The translations under genes were made by a program, and so were the position numbers. From a virus (lineage: Duplodnaviria > Caudoviricetes), in the IMG/VR virus record IMGVR_UViG_3300031237_000022, positions 1 through 33,998 of that record: DNA of 33,998 nucleotides. One strand, written 5' to 3'. Under the pieces are notes generated by a model that was not told where the DNA came from, ran no database searches, and saw only the letters and a list, made by a program, of their open reading frames with translations. This document shows, piece after piece, positions 1-8,383 of this stretch (within the stretch, counting starts at the first letter, position 1; every line of letters begins with the position of its first letter).

Positions 1-240
1 GCCGCCGAGTTGCAGGGCCAGGGGGTGTTCGGCTTCGTGGTGGCGCAGGAAGCGTTCGTGGTCGCCGTTGAGTAACGCGCCAGTGGTGACCATTTCGGTG
101 TAGAGCAGGGCGTGTTTGGAGAGGATGCGTAGGAAGAAACGACAGTGGGCGTCGGTCCAGTCCATCATGGGTGCAACACTAAAGCGCCGAGACAGCGTAG
201 ACCTTGTATTTACTGGGCTAAAGCTCTGTTTATCTAGCAT
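1..240 (-). CDS. dusA: tRNA-dihydrouridine synthase A, 5' part (runs off the left edge of the window)
   Basis: Manual translation from ATG at 240: [97 protein letters not shown] and PLALQLGG are DusA signature motifs. Not in the ORF track because it is truncated. Confidence 0.95.
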   Translation of the reverse strand, partial: MLDKQSFSPVNTRSTLSRRFSVAPMMDWTDAHCRFFLRILSKHALLYTEMVTTGALLNGDHERFLRHHEAEHPLALQLGG

Positions 241-298
241 TTTCTTCAACGTGTTCTGGGCGTGATTTCGGGTGTTTTCAGGCGTTTTTGAGGGCTCG

Positions 299-338
299 GT
301 GGTACGATGTACCACTTCAAAACTGACGCGTACCACTT
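299..338. repeat. Three GTACCAC motifs (one inverted at 299-305, direct at 309-315 and 330-336); candidate integrase arm-type sites
   Basis: Sequence GTGGTAC-gat-GTACCACTT...GTACCACTT immediately upstream of the int start at 344. Function is inferred from position. Confidence 0.55.
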
Positions 339-343
339 TTGAC

Positions 344-1495
344 ATGGCGACTATCAGGGCAAGAAAACTGGCGGATGGGTCTGTTAGCTACACGGCTCAG
401 ATCCGCATCAAGCGCGACGGAGTGCAAGTCTATCAAGAGAGCCAGACCTTCGCCCGTAAACAGGCGGCGCAGGCCTGGGCACGCAAGCGTGAGTCCGAGC
501 TAGATGAGCCTGGTGCGATTGAGCGGGCGAGCCGCAAAGGCGTCACGCTCAAAGAAATGATTGACCAGTACCTGATGGAGGTTGAGAAAGCCCGGCCGCT
601 GGGCAAGACGAAACGCGCAACCCTCACAGCCATTGGCGAAACGTACATGGGCAAGCTGGACGATACCCAGGTCAACACGCAATGCCTGGTCGATTACGCG
701 CTATGGCGGATGAGTCCCGAGGGGGGAGGCGTCCAGCCGCAGACCGCCGGCAACGACTTGGCCCATCTCGGTGCGGTGCTTTCCATAGGCAAGGACGCTT
801 GGGGTTATCAGCTTGATCCTCTGGCGATGGGGGGCGCACGGCGCGTACTGCGCAAGCTCGGCTATAACTTGAAAAGCCGCGAGCGTGACCGGCGCCCTAC
901 GCTGGACGAGCTGGGCAAGCTCATGAAGCATTACCAGGACATGCAGGCTCGGCGTCGAAGCATCATCAACATGATGAAAGTGGTGGGCTTCGCCCTGTTC
1001 TCGACTCGCCGTCTCGACGAAATAACCCGAATTCGCTGGGACGACCTCGACGAGCCCGGCCAGCGCGTGTTGGTTCGCGACATGAAGAACCCAGGCCAGA
1101 AGATCGGCAACGACGTGTGGTGTTACCTGCCAGACGAGGCCTGGAAGATCCTCCAGTCTATGCCCCGTGCTGGGGAGGATATTTTCCCCTACAGCCCTGA
1201 ATCAATCTCCACGTCCTGGGCGAAGGCCTGCAAGCTCTTGAATATCCAAGATCTGCACTTCCATGACCTCCGGCACGAAGGTGTAAGCCGCCTGTTCGAA
1301 ATGGACTGGGATATTCCCCGGGTGTCGAGCGTTTCAGGACACAGGGATTGGAATTCGCTGAGGCGCTACACCCACCTACGTGGCAAGGGTGATCGCTATG
1401 TTGGGTGGGAGTGGTACGAAGAGATATTGAGGGCGCCCGTCCAACTGGGCGCCGCATCAATGAAGTGGCTTAAACGGCGTGTTTTAACCCGTTGA
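344..1495 (+). CDS. int: Tyrosine recombinase/integrase, dusA-associated type
   Basis: Catalytic motifs R (STRRLDEI), HxxR (HFHDLRHEG), H (SGH) and Y (LRRYTHL). N-terminal arm-binding-like region MATIRARK...[11 protein letters not shown] 344 preferred over GTG 272. Divergent from dusA. Confidence 0.95.
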   Translation: MATIRARKLADGSVSYTAQIRIKRDGVQVYQESQTFARKQAAQAWARKRESELDEPGAIERASRKGVTLKEMIDQYLMEVEKARPLGKTKRATLTAIGETYMGKLDDTQVNTQCLVDYALWRMSPEGGGVQPQTAGNDLAHLGAVLSIGKDAWGYQLDPLAMGGARRVLRKLGYNLKSRERDRRPTLDELGKLMKHYQDMQARRRSIINMMKVVGFALFSTRRLDEITRIRWDDLDEPGQRVLVRDMKNPGQKIGNDVWCYLPDEAWKILQSMPRAGEDIFPYSPESISTSWAKACKLLNIQDLHFHDLRHEGVSRLFEMDWDIPRVSSVSGHRDWNSLRRYTHLRGKGDRYVGWEWYEEILRAPVQLGAASMKWLKRRVLTR

Positions 1496-1745
1496 GCTGG
1501 TTGTTCTCCTTAACCGCGGCTGCGCGCTGTTGATCGAGATACGCAGCCAGGTCGGTGATATGAATCCCCTTGGCCGACTTCTGGCTACGTTCCAGGCGGG
1601 TGATGGGGATCTTAATCTGCCCGCTCATCACCTTGCGCTGAAACATGTCAGGCGTCAGGTGGGTGAAGTAGTCCCGGCAAACCTGCTCCAGCGAGATAAT
1701 CGCCTGGCCGTCGTACTGGGCCATCAGGATAAAAGCTGTGTTCAT
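1470..1745 (-). CDS. Pyocin activator PrtN-family DNA-binding protein; probable excisionase/RDF
   Basis: MNTAFILMAQYDGQAIISLEQVCRDYFTHLT...SQKSAKGIHITDLAAYLD matches the recalled PrtN-like phage family. Last gene of the early operon, convergent with int. Confidence 0.8.
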   Translation of the reverse strand: MNTAFILMAQYDGQAIISLEQVCRDYFTHLTPDMFQRKVMSGQIKIPITRLERSQKSAKGIHITDLAAYLDQQRAAAVKENNQLNGLKHAV

Positions 1746-1753
1746 GATGTCCC

Positions 1754-2005
1754 TCACATCCGAAACGATTGATGAATGAGCGTCGGCCGAGCGGCACGGC
1801 CTGCAGGTTGCGCCTCGTCCGCCTGAATCTCGCAAATGAACCTGTGCCTATTCCGATTCGTTGCGCTCAGTGCCTGGGTGAGCCCTGGCAACGTGCCAAC
1901 GCATTGCTCATAGGCATCCGGCCCATTCCACCTTTGCGCAGGCAGAACCTGGCAGTCAGTACGAGTTGCGTCGCTGCATAAGTACAAAAGCAGGAGGACC
2001 GTCAT
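1754..2005 (-). CDS. Hypothetical phage protein (83 aa, Cys-containing, hydrophobic N-terminus)
   Basis: Start overlaps the stop of the upstream gene (2002-2005); RBS-like GGAAGG; operon context. Confidence 0.65.
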   Translation of the reverse strand: MTVLLLLYLCSDATRTDCQVLPAQRWNGPDAYEQCVGTLPGLTQALSATNRNRHRFICEIQADEAQPAGRAARPTLIHQSFRM

Positions 2006-2547
2006 ACCTTCCCCTTCCGTTCCAGGCGGGGGCGGACAGATGTTGGTTTTATTGCTGAAGCCATGGCGACGACCCGCATGTCGCTTTCGCTCAGCTCCGT
2101 GTCCCTACTGCCTGATGGGCTGGCGGGAAATAATCGATTGGCCTGTACAAATGCGGAGAAGGCCTCGTCGAAGTGCGCGGCCAGCGCATTCCTCAAAGTG
2201 TCGAAGTGGAGCTCGAACTCAATTGCTTCAGCCGGTGTAACTTCCACACCGACCTTCTTTGGTCGGCTCTTGCTGGTATACAGGCTGGGAGTGCATGTGT
2301 CGCAGACCTTCGACATGATCTGCGCCGCGAGCTTTCGGTCGTACACAGTCACAATCGGAAACCAGCGGATTTCTCGGTACTCCTCGCTTAAGTCGTCGAG
2401 GGTTAAGCCGTGACGGGCTAACAAGTTATCCAGCATGCGTTGCGCATTATCCTTCTCGCCGCCTTCGCCACGCTCTGCGAGGGCCATCAGCTTGCGTAGC
2501 TTGGCCTGGACCTTCGCATCGCCTCCACGGGGCATTTGTGTTTGCAT
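2002..2547 (-). CDS. DUF2786-like domain phage protein
   Basis: KLRKLMALAERGEGGEKDNAQRMLDNLLARHGLT resembles the DUF2786 helical motif. Start at 2547 follows an AGGAG RBS. Confidence 0.7.
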   Translation of the reverse strand: MQTQMPRGGDAKVQAKLRKLMALAERGEGGEKDNAQRMLDNLLARHGLTLDDLSEEYREIRWFPIVTVYDRKLAAQIMSKVCDTCTPSLYTSKSRPKKVGVEVTPAEAIEFELHFDTLRNALAAHFDEAFSAFVQANRLFPASPSGSRDTELSESDMRVVAMASAIKPTSVRPRLERKGKV

Positions 2548-2590
2548 GGGGCTTCTCCTGGTAAGCGGTGGGGGAGTTGCCGCTCCCCGC
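2542..2590 (-). promoter_or_regulatory. Repeated leader unit A: hairpin (GGGGAG-CGGCAA-CTCCCC) + AGGAGAAGCCCC-ATGCAA
   Basis: Seen directly; near-identical units at 3079-3135 and 3679-3720. Confidence 0.75.
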
Positions 2591-2605
2591 ATTCTTTTTT
2601 GATTG

Positions 2606-2818
2606 TCAGCGTGCGTATCGACGCGTTTGGTTTTGTCTTACTGCTTCCCGCTCTGCCATGAAAGCTGCCCACTCCAGCGTTTTGCGCTTCTGGCGAATCC
2701 GACTACAGGCCTGGTGCTTGCGTGTGGAGCGTGCTTTGCCACAGATATCGCAGCGGCTGGGCAGGTCGAGGCGTTGACTTGCCATGGCTGGCCGTGTCCT
2801 CGCTGGGCTGACAGACAT
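2606..2818 (-). CDS. Small basic protein with putative Zn-binding motif (CDICG...HQAC)
   Basis: 70-aa ORF tightly packed in the early operon; CxxC...HxxC. Confidence 0.7.
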   Translation of the reverse strand: MSVSPARTRPAMASQRLDLPSRCDICGKARSTRKHQACSRIRQKRKTLEWAAFMAEREAVRQNQTRRYAR

Positions 2819-2820
2819 AA

Positions 2821-3084
2821 TTACTGCCCTCCCATGAGGATGCGCGTCAGGGCGTTGGGCTGGCCGTCCGGTGTCAATTTGCTCAGCGGCTGGGTGGTGG
2901 TGCGGCCATTGGCGCTACGCAGTGTGGCTACGTCGCCGTTGATCTCTTCAATCACAGCTTTGCGAGCACTGAAGCGATAGTTGCGACCGCCGCCACTGAT
3001 TGCCACGTAGCTGACCGTGTCGCCGATACCCAGCGGGGTTGTGGTAGCCTCTGCGGCGCTACCTTGGGTTTGATTCACTTGCAT
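2821..3084 (-). CDS. Hypothetical phage protein (87 aa, possibly SH3/KOW-like beta domain)
   Basis: Strong RBS AGGAG; IGDTVSYV...AVIEEINGDVATLR pattern; operon context. Confidence 0.7.
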   Translation of the reverse strand: MQVNQTQGSAAEATTTPLGIGDTVSYVAISGGGRNYRFSARKAVIEEINGDVATLRSANGRTTTQPLSKLTPDGQPNALTRILMGGQ

Positions 3085-3135
3085 GGTGCTTCTCCTTTGG
3101 TGGTAGGTGTCGGGGAGTTGCCGCTCCCCGGCACC
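3079..3135 (-). promoter_or_regulatory. Repeated leader unit B: 12-bp hairpin with CGGCAA loop + AGGAGAAGCACC-ATGCAA
   Basis: Plus strand GGTGTCGGGGAG-TTGCCG-CTCCCCGGCACC at 3106-3135. Confidence 0.75.
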
Positions 3136-3141
3136 GTCTTT

Positions 3142-3348
3142 TCAGGCCGTTCTGGCCTGGTCTTGCTTGATGATCGCTATGACTTCGTCCCGGTCCTTCG
3201 CATACGCGAAAGGCAGTTCGCCGCCTGGGCGAGTGATCGGGTACCGCGCTTCAGGCAACCGGCACTCGGCCACGGTGTAGCTGCTATCGGTAATCCAACA
3301 GTTCTGTTGCACTTGCCCGTCTCGGTTGCGTTTCGGTGCCCACTTCAT
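3142..3348 (-). CDS. Hypothetical phage protein (68 aa)
   Basis: ATGA overlap with upstream gene at 3345-3348; operon context. Confidence 0.7.
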   Translation of the reverse strand: MKWAPKRNRDGQVQQNCWITDSSYTVAECRLPEARYPITRPGGELPFAYAKDRDEVIAIIKQDQARTA

Positions 3349-3683
3349 GCCCAGACCCTACGCAGGTCCTGCCAGATCTCATCGCCGTCGGGGAAATAGG
3401 TGTGAACCTCTTGCTCGGGGCTGTTATCCAGCCGCAGGACTGCAATGCAGTCGTCGAACAGGCCTGCGTCGAGACGGCGCAGCTCGGTCAGGTCAAACGG
3501 ATGTGCCGGGCCGTTGTACAACCCGAGCAGAAAACGCCCGATTACCCCGCTTTGACCTGTGTCGCGCTGCGCGACCGGCAGCAAGCGAACCAGCGCCTCG
3601 ACGCCGGCTTTGCGGATGGCCGGACGTTCGGCCTGGTACTGGAACAACTCGTCAAAGGAATCTTTGAGCGTTTTGTTGTGCAT
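3345..3683 (-). CDS. Conserved hypothetical phage/plasmid protein (112 aa)
   Basis: Motif AQRDTGQSGVIGRFLLGLYNG..PFDLTELRRLD..LFDDCIAVL is recognisable from mobile elements; strong RBS. Confidence 0.8.
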   Translation of the reverse strand: MHNKTLKDSFDELFQYQAERPAIRKAGVEALVRLLPVAQRDTGQSGVIGRFLLGLYNGPAHPFDLTELRRLDAGLFDDCIAVLRLDNSPEQEVHTYFPDGDEIWQDLRRVWA

Positions 3684-3720
3684 GGTGCTTCTCCTTGAGT
3701 GGCAGGCGTTGCCGCGCCTG
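3679..3720 (-). promoter_or_regulatory. Repeated leader unit C: hairpin (CAGGCG-CGGCAA-CGCCTG) + AGGAGAAGCACC-ATGCAC
   Basis: Same loop and RBS block as units A and B but a different, still complementary stem. Confidence 0.7.
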
Positions 3721-3741
3721 GTGTGTGTTGCTGTCGATTGG

Positions 3742-6594
3742 TCAGGCCTGGAAGTGCCAGCACTTCACGATGGGCTGCTTGGTGATGACTGCGTTGCTGT
3801 GCTTGGCCTGGTGGGCCCGCACCGCGCTATCCGTCGCCTTGTTGATGTCGATCAGCTTTCGAGAGCGGGAGTCCTTCAGCCGCTCGCGCAGCTCGCTGAC
3901 ATCGGCAATTTTCTGGCGATGCTCTGCGGCGCACTTCACGAAGTCGTTGAGGTTGATGGCGATGATGTTGTCTTTCTTGCTGTGGTTGACCACGGGCCCA
4001 TCGGCGTCGAGGCCTTCCAGGTACTCGTACACCTCCCAAAATTCGGCCACGACCGGATGATCGGAACTGATGGAGGCCTGGCGCTCTATCGCCATGCGAA
4101 TAATCTGGGTGCGGGTGTTGCTGATCTGCGCATCGGTGAGCGAAACCACCATCCGCAGGCAGTCGAGCAATGCGAGCAGTTGGGCGTGGTTCTTGTTGAT
4201 CCGCTCGACACGGATGTAGCCGCGCAGCTTGTTGCCGCAATGTACGCAGTCGCTTTGCTCGTCTTTGAAAGGAGTGTCGCAAGCGAAGCAGTGCGAGTGC
4301 AGGCAGCGCAGTTTCGCTTCGTAGCCGGGCAGGCGCTGTGCAAACAGATCCATGACCTCGGCTTCTTTGCGCACGGCCTGCAACACGAAGTTGCTCAGCG
4401 TCGCGCCTTCCAAGGCGTTGAGTAAGTCCGCAGCTGCGCGGCTCTCTGGGGTCACGTTCGGCCGCACGAAGTGCAGCTTGACGATCCGGGTCATGATCGC
4501 TTCGGAGGCCACCACCGGCGCGTTCTGGCTGATGGCGATCGTTCCCCGAAACGGGGGCTCATACGTCTCGTTGCCGGCGGTTTTAACCCCTTTGGTCGCT
4601 AGGGTGCCGCCGCCGTAATAATCCTTCAGCTCATCCCATTCGAAAGTTTTGGTGTGTGCCTTGTCTTCGCCGCTTCGGTCGGATTCCAGCAACACAATAG
4701 GCATGCCAGACACCTGACCCATCAAGCGGCTGCGGCCGGCCTTGGTGGATTTGGACGGGTCGAAGCCCTCATACCCATCACGGCCGAGTAGTTTCCATAA
4801 CAATGTCAGCAAGGTCGTCTTGCCGGCACCGGCTTCACCGGTGGCCTCAAGGAAGGGGAACGACTGGTAACGATGACGGATTTGCTCAGCAAACAGTGAG
4901 CCGAACCAGAACGTCAGGGCGACGATGCCCTGGGTACCGAAGCATTGCCACAGTAGATCTAGCCAGCGCGGGTCGTAGTTTTTCGAATCCTTGGTAAGTT
5001 GAATCTTCACTCCCTTCTGCAAACTCTTGAGTTTCAGCTTGCCCATCTCGAAAAACTCTTCTTCGTTGATTGTGATCAGTTGCCCTTCGCGAACGGCCAC
5101 ATCGTTGAACACGTAGCAGCCGTATTCCCGGCTGTAGCCGACGTAGTCGATGGTCTGGACGGTTTTAATGCCAAACAGTTGGTCTTTCATGATCTTGTCC
5201 AGCTGCTGTCCACTGCCGGTGAATACCGCCCCGGCGCCCATGCCAAGAAGCCTTTTCTTGAACTCACTGGCAGCAGCGACCTGGCCGCCGGTGAAGGTGT
5301 TTTTCACGGAGCCGCCGTCGTGCGGGAAATCGACGCGGAAGAAATACCAGGACTCGTCGGTTATCTCGTTGCGCTGGAAATACAGTGCCTTGGGGTAGCA
5401 ATTCGCGATCTCGACCACGCAGCCAGACATGCGCAGTGCCTTTTCGCGAATGGCCTTTTCGTTGAGTAGTTGGTCTTCTTTTTTGTCGCTGTCATCGAGC
5501 GCCTGTTTGGCGCTGTTGAACTTGGAAATATCCAACTTCCACCAGTACAAGCGGGAGTCAAAACAGAAGTGAAACTCCTCCCGTTCCCGCCACTGGTACA
5601 TGAGCAATGCTTTATCGGTGGCGCTCTCGGCGATCAGCAGAGCGCCCTGGTGCTTGGCTTCTTTGAGGTCTTTGTCGATCCGCTGGGCACGAGCCTCGTC
5701 ACCGTCCAGAAACGCCCAGCGTTGATGCAGATCGTTCCAATCGACCTTTCGAGCATCTGGTTGTGGGATCTGCGCGGCCTCGCAGACGAAGCCCAGCTCG
5801 CGAGCCTGCCTGACCCACGATTTAGTGTACTTCTGCGCGCCAGGCTCGTTATCCAGGGCCCAGACCAACTTCGGCGGCTTCCCCTCACAGTCCGCTATCA
5901 AGGCCTTCAACGATTCCTCAGGAAAAGCGTTGGAGGACAACGCTGCAACAGCGGAAATGCCGTTATGAATGAGCGCGATGGCATCGAAAATGCCCTCGAC
6001 AATCCACAGTTCATCAACCTGGAGTACATCGATACAAGGTGGACACCACCAGTAGCCCTTGTAGCTTTGCTTGGGTTGGAAGCGAGCCTTCTTCTTGCCG
6101 AAGCGTGAGGGCTGGTCGATCAAGCGCTCCCAGTACCCGCCATGCTCCAGGGGGAATCTCACCGTGGCCGAGCCAATATTCAGGTCGCGGTCAAAGTAAC
6201 TTTCCTGGGTGTACCAGCCCTCAATCAGCTCCAGCCGAAAGCCGCGAGCAAAGGTGAGATATGCCTTTGCGGTTGCTGTCGGCTCATCGTTGGTGGCTGG
6301 CGCTCGCTTGCTCCAGTCGTCAAAAAGGTCGGGGTAAAGCTCCTTGACTGGAGCCTGGTATCGGCACTTGTCCTCACGGCCGCAGCGAATAAACCATGGT
6401 TCATCATGGCGAGAAAACAAGCGCTTCTGGTTGCACTGAGGGCAAGTGCCCTTGCGCATGTAATTCGTGCCAACCATGTGTTGCAGGCCGTAATCGGACT
6501 CAAGGCGCTGAAGCACATCAGCGCGCAGCTTGTGTTCCATGGGCTTACGTACATAAGTTTTTGAGCCATGGGAAATGTCGAGTCGCTTATTCAT
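3742..6594 (-). CDS. Bifunctional DNA primase/helicase (Zn finger + TOPRIM + P-loop NTPase), P4 alpha-like replication protein
   Basis: N-terminal CPQC..C Zn finger; TOPRIM motifs IVEGIFDA and WALDNE; Walker A GEAGAGKT. Alternative start ATG 6540. Confidence 0.9.
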   Translation of the reverse strand: MNKRLDISHGSKTYVRKPMEHKLRADVLQRLESDYGLQHMVGTNYMRKGTCPQCNQKRLFSRHDEPWFIRCGREDKCRYQAPVKELYPDLFDDWSKRAPATNDEPTATAKAYLTFARGFRLELIEGWYTQESYFDRDLNIGSATVRFPLEHGGYWERLIDQPSRFGKKKARFQPKQSYKGYWWCPPCIDVLQVDELWIVEGIFDAIALIHNGISAVAALSSNAFPEESLKALIADCEGKPPKLVWALDNEPGAQKYTKSWVRQARELGFVCEAAQIPQPDARKVDWNDLHQRWAFLDGDEARAQRIDKDLKEAKHQGALLIAESATDKALLMYQWREREEFHFCFDSRLYWWKLDISKFNSAKQALDDSDKKEDQLLNEKAIREKALRMSGCVVEIANCYPKALYFQRNEITDESWYFFRVDFPHDGGSVKNTFTGGQVAAASEFKKRLLGMGAGAVFTGSGQQLDKIMKDQLFGIKTVQTIDYVGYSREYGCYVFNDVAVREGQLITINEEEFFEMGKLKLKSLQKGVKIQLTKDSKNYDPRWLDLLWQCFGTQGIVALTFWFGSLFAEQIRHRYQSFPFLEATGEAGAGKTTLLTLLWKLLGRDGYEGFDPSKSTKAGRSRLMGQVSGMPIVLLESDRSGEDKAHTKTFEWDELKDYYGGGTLATKGVKTAGNETYEPPFRGTIAISQNAPVVASEAIMTRIVKLHFVRPNVTPESRAAADLLNALEGATLSNFVLQAVRKEAEVMDLFAQRLPGYEAKLRCLHSHCFACDTPFKDEQSDCVHCGNKLRGYIRVERINKNHAQLLALLDCLRMVVSLTDAQISNTRTQIIRMAIERQASISSDHPVVAEFWEVYEYLEGLDADGPVVNHSKKDNIIAINLNDFVKCAAEHRQKIADVSELRERLKDSRSRKLIDINKATDSAVRAHQAKHSNAVITKQPIVKCWHFQA

Positions 6595-6600
6595 CGGGTC

Positions 6601-6834
6601 TTACTTCACTTCGCCGAGACTGTATTTAAGGGCGCCAATCAGGCGTTTTTGCGCGGACATCACCGGGAAGGCCGCGAGCAACGAGCCATGCCGCAAACCC
6701 TCGGGGATCCTGCGAAAACGGTCGTCGTACCAATGCTCGTTGAACTGCTGGGCGTACTGGCTCCGTAGCGCTTGGAGCAGCGCTTCGGCCTCTTCGCGTG
6801 GCAGTTTTGCGGTGATGGCGACGTCGATTTGCAT
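6601..6834 (-). CDS. Hypothetical phage protein (77 aa)
   Basis: Start MQIDVAI at 6834 preceded by GAGGTGG RBS; directly upstream of the primase. Confidence 0.7.
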   Translation of the reverse strand: MQIDVAITAKLPREEAEALLQALRSQYAQQFNEHWYDDRFRRIPEGLRHGSLLAAFPVMSAQKRLIGALKYSLGEVK

Positions 6835-6909
6835 GGTCCACCTCGGATTTCGGGCAAAGCTCACCCAAACCCACGGGAAGCGGGGCAGGGCGGGTTGTTT
6901 AAACGGGGG

Positions 6910-7290
6910 TTACTGAGGGTGTTGCTTCAGCGCGTCATCGCGCTGGGCGAGCAGGGTCTGCGGCAGCAGCCTTGCTGGAACCGGGTACCGAAGGTCGGCC
7001 CGGGTATCGATCAGGTGGACGACAGTGCTGCCTGGGCTGTTGCCCCAGTCCACGTCGATCCACTTGCGCTGGTTGATGACCTGCAATTCGGTCCAGGCGT
7101 TGTGCACCAGCTTCTGCGCCATGAACACCGGCACTTCCAACGCGGTGGTCATGTGCCGAACGCAGTTTTCGTACAACAGATCAGAATCCACCAGGTGCTG
7201 CGCTTCGTGCCGTTGCAGGTAGGCGAACGCCACTCGTTGCATGCTGCTGCGGTAGTCGTGGTCAAGCTCTTCATGGTTCATTGCGCACAC
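6910..7290 (-). CDS. Hypothetical phage protein (about 123-126 aa)
   Basis: Overlaps the ogr stop; operon context; true start may be ATG 7281. Confidence 0.7.
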   Translation of the reverse strand: MCAMNHEELDHDYRSSMQRVAFAYLQRHEAQHLVDSDLLYENCVRHMTTALEVPVFMAQKLVHNAWTELQVINQRKWIDVDWGNSPGSTVVHLIDTRADLRYPVPARLLPQTLLAQRDDALKQHPQ

Positions 7291-7568
7291 TCCATTTCCA
7301 TTTGGTCGAGCAGGTCGGGTTGATCGTTGGCGGACCTCATCGCGGCACGGCGCAGGGCAATGTCGGCGACGGGCAACTTCACGGAGGGGTTAGCCATGCC
7401 GCTGGGGCTCATTTCATGAGTCATTTCGAACTCAGCCCGCACTGACCAGCCGCAGGCCTCGTTGGTGCATTGCAGGTAGGCCACCCGCAGGAAAATGTGT
7501 GTGCCTTCGCTGGTGCGGATACGCATGCGGCCGAGGCAGTGAGGGCAGACCAGCTTGTAAGTGCTCAA
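7278..7568 (-). CDS. ogr: Ogr/Delta-family zinc-finger late transcription activator
   Basis: CPHC...IRTS...YLQCTNEACG four-Cys pattern typical of P2 Ogr/P4 Delta, followed by SPSG..NP. Confidence 0.9.
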   Translation of the reverse strand: MSTYKLVCPHCLGRMRIRTSEGTHIFLRVAYLQCTNEACGWSVRAEFEMTHEMSPSGMANPSVKLPVADIALRRAAMRSANDQPDLLDQMEMECAQ

Positions 7569-8038
7569 TGCTTGCGCTCCTTGCTGTGCAACTGGATGGT
7601 GGCAAGCACTTCGGAGTGGCGCGCAGCCATGTAGCGATTGTGAGCGCCGAGAATCGCCGCAGCCTCGCCTGGCTCAACTACCCCATCCTCCAGTGCCTTC
7701 GCGATGATCTGATCGACGTAACCACGCTTCGCAGCGGCATGTACCGAGCGGCTGTACAGGTCGATGTTGTCCAGCGTCTCGGGTTTAGCAAGCGGTACGA
7801 ACATGCCGCCATACATGGCTGCGATGTATTCAGGTAGGTGGGTAGTGCCGGCGTCCTGCTCGAGCAAATGAATTTGCTCGTCGCTGAGAGGGCGGCTGCC
7901 GGCGTTTTCGTATACATGGTTATCGAACTTTTTGAGTTCATAGCCAAGCCGGGCAGCTGCGCATTCGCGTCCGCCGGGGTAAGCGCAAATGACTGCGCTC
8001 ATCACCTGGCGCTTGGTCGCTAGTAGTGGGCGTTTCAT
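7565..8038 (-). CDS. CII/YmfL-like phage regulatory protein
   Basis: AYPGGRECAAARLG...FDNHVYE...YIAAMYGGMFVP...ALEDGVVE; located directly downstream of the Cro-like gene. Start trimmed to ATG 8038. Confidence 0.75.
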   Translation of the reverse strand: MKRPLLATKRQVMSAVICAYPGGRECAAARLGYELKKFDNHVYENAGSRPLSDEQIHLLEQDAGTTHLPEYIAAMYGGMFVPLAKPETLDNIDLYSRSVHAAAKRGYVDQIIAKALEDGVVEPGEAAAILGAHNRYMAARHSEVLATIQLHSKERKH

Positions 8039-8078
8039 CTTCTGGTTTCTCCCTGGCGCCATCGGCCCTACAGTCATT

Positions 8079-8339
8079 TCATACAGCCTTGCATTCTGTT
8101 TGCTCGTTTGAATCCGCCAGGATTCCGGGTAGGACCTCCCTGCCAATCACCTTGGAGAGATCACGCAGAATGCGGAACGACAATCGTCCCCGGGGTAGCG
8201 TGTCGTGACCGGCCCAGCGCTGGACTACCTGAGTCACCGTGCGTGGCTCGTAGCCGTGACTGATCGCGAACTGGCGGAAATTGCTGCCGTGCTCGATCAG
8301 TCGCGCCTGAATCTGGCGCTTTTCCATGGCTTGGCTCAT
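8079..8339 (-). CDS. Ner/Cro-like HTH DNA-binding protein (lytic switch)
   Basis: IQARLIEHGSNFRQFAISHGYEPRTVTQVVQRW HTH; first gene of the leftward operon, divergent from cI. Confidence 0.8.
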   Translation of the reverse strand: MSQAMEKRQIQARLIEHGSNFRQFAISHGYEPRTVTQVVQRWAGHDTLPRGRLSFRILRDLSKVIGREVLPGILADSNEQTECKAV

Positions 8340-8383
8340 GGTTGATGTGTTCCTAGTTGGTTAAGATGTACCTGTTTGTTCGC

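Noticed and set aside
272-343. N-terminal extension of the integrase from GTG 272
   Set aside because: Runs through the repeat/regulatory region; MATIRARK at 344 looks like the natural start.
2542-3720. Leader repeats as CRISPR array or integron attC sites
   Set aside because: Only three copies separated by whole genes, no cas genes, and no attC R-box (RYYYAAC/GTTRRRY) ends.
3559-6564. Several plus-strand ORFs of 140-288 aa opposite the primase
   Set aside because: Antisense shadows of a high-GC gene with no recognisable motifs.
6835-6909. GC-rich intergenic stretch as possible replication origin or fourth leader unit
   Set aside because: No iterons and no CGGCAA-loop hairpin; only ACC-ATGCAA is shared with the leader units.
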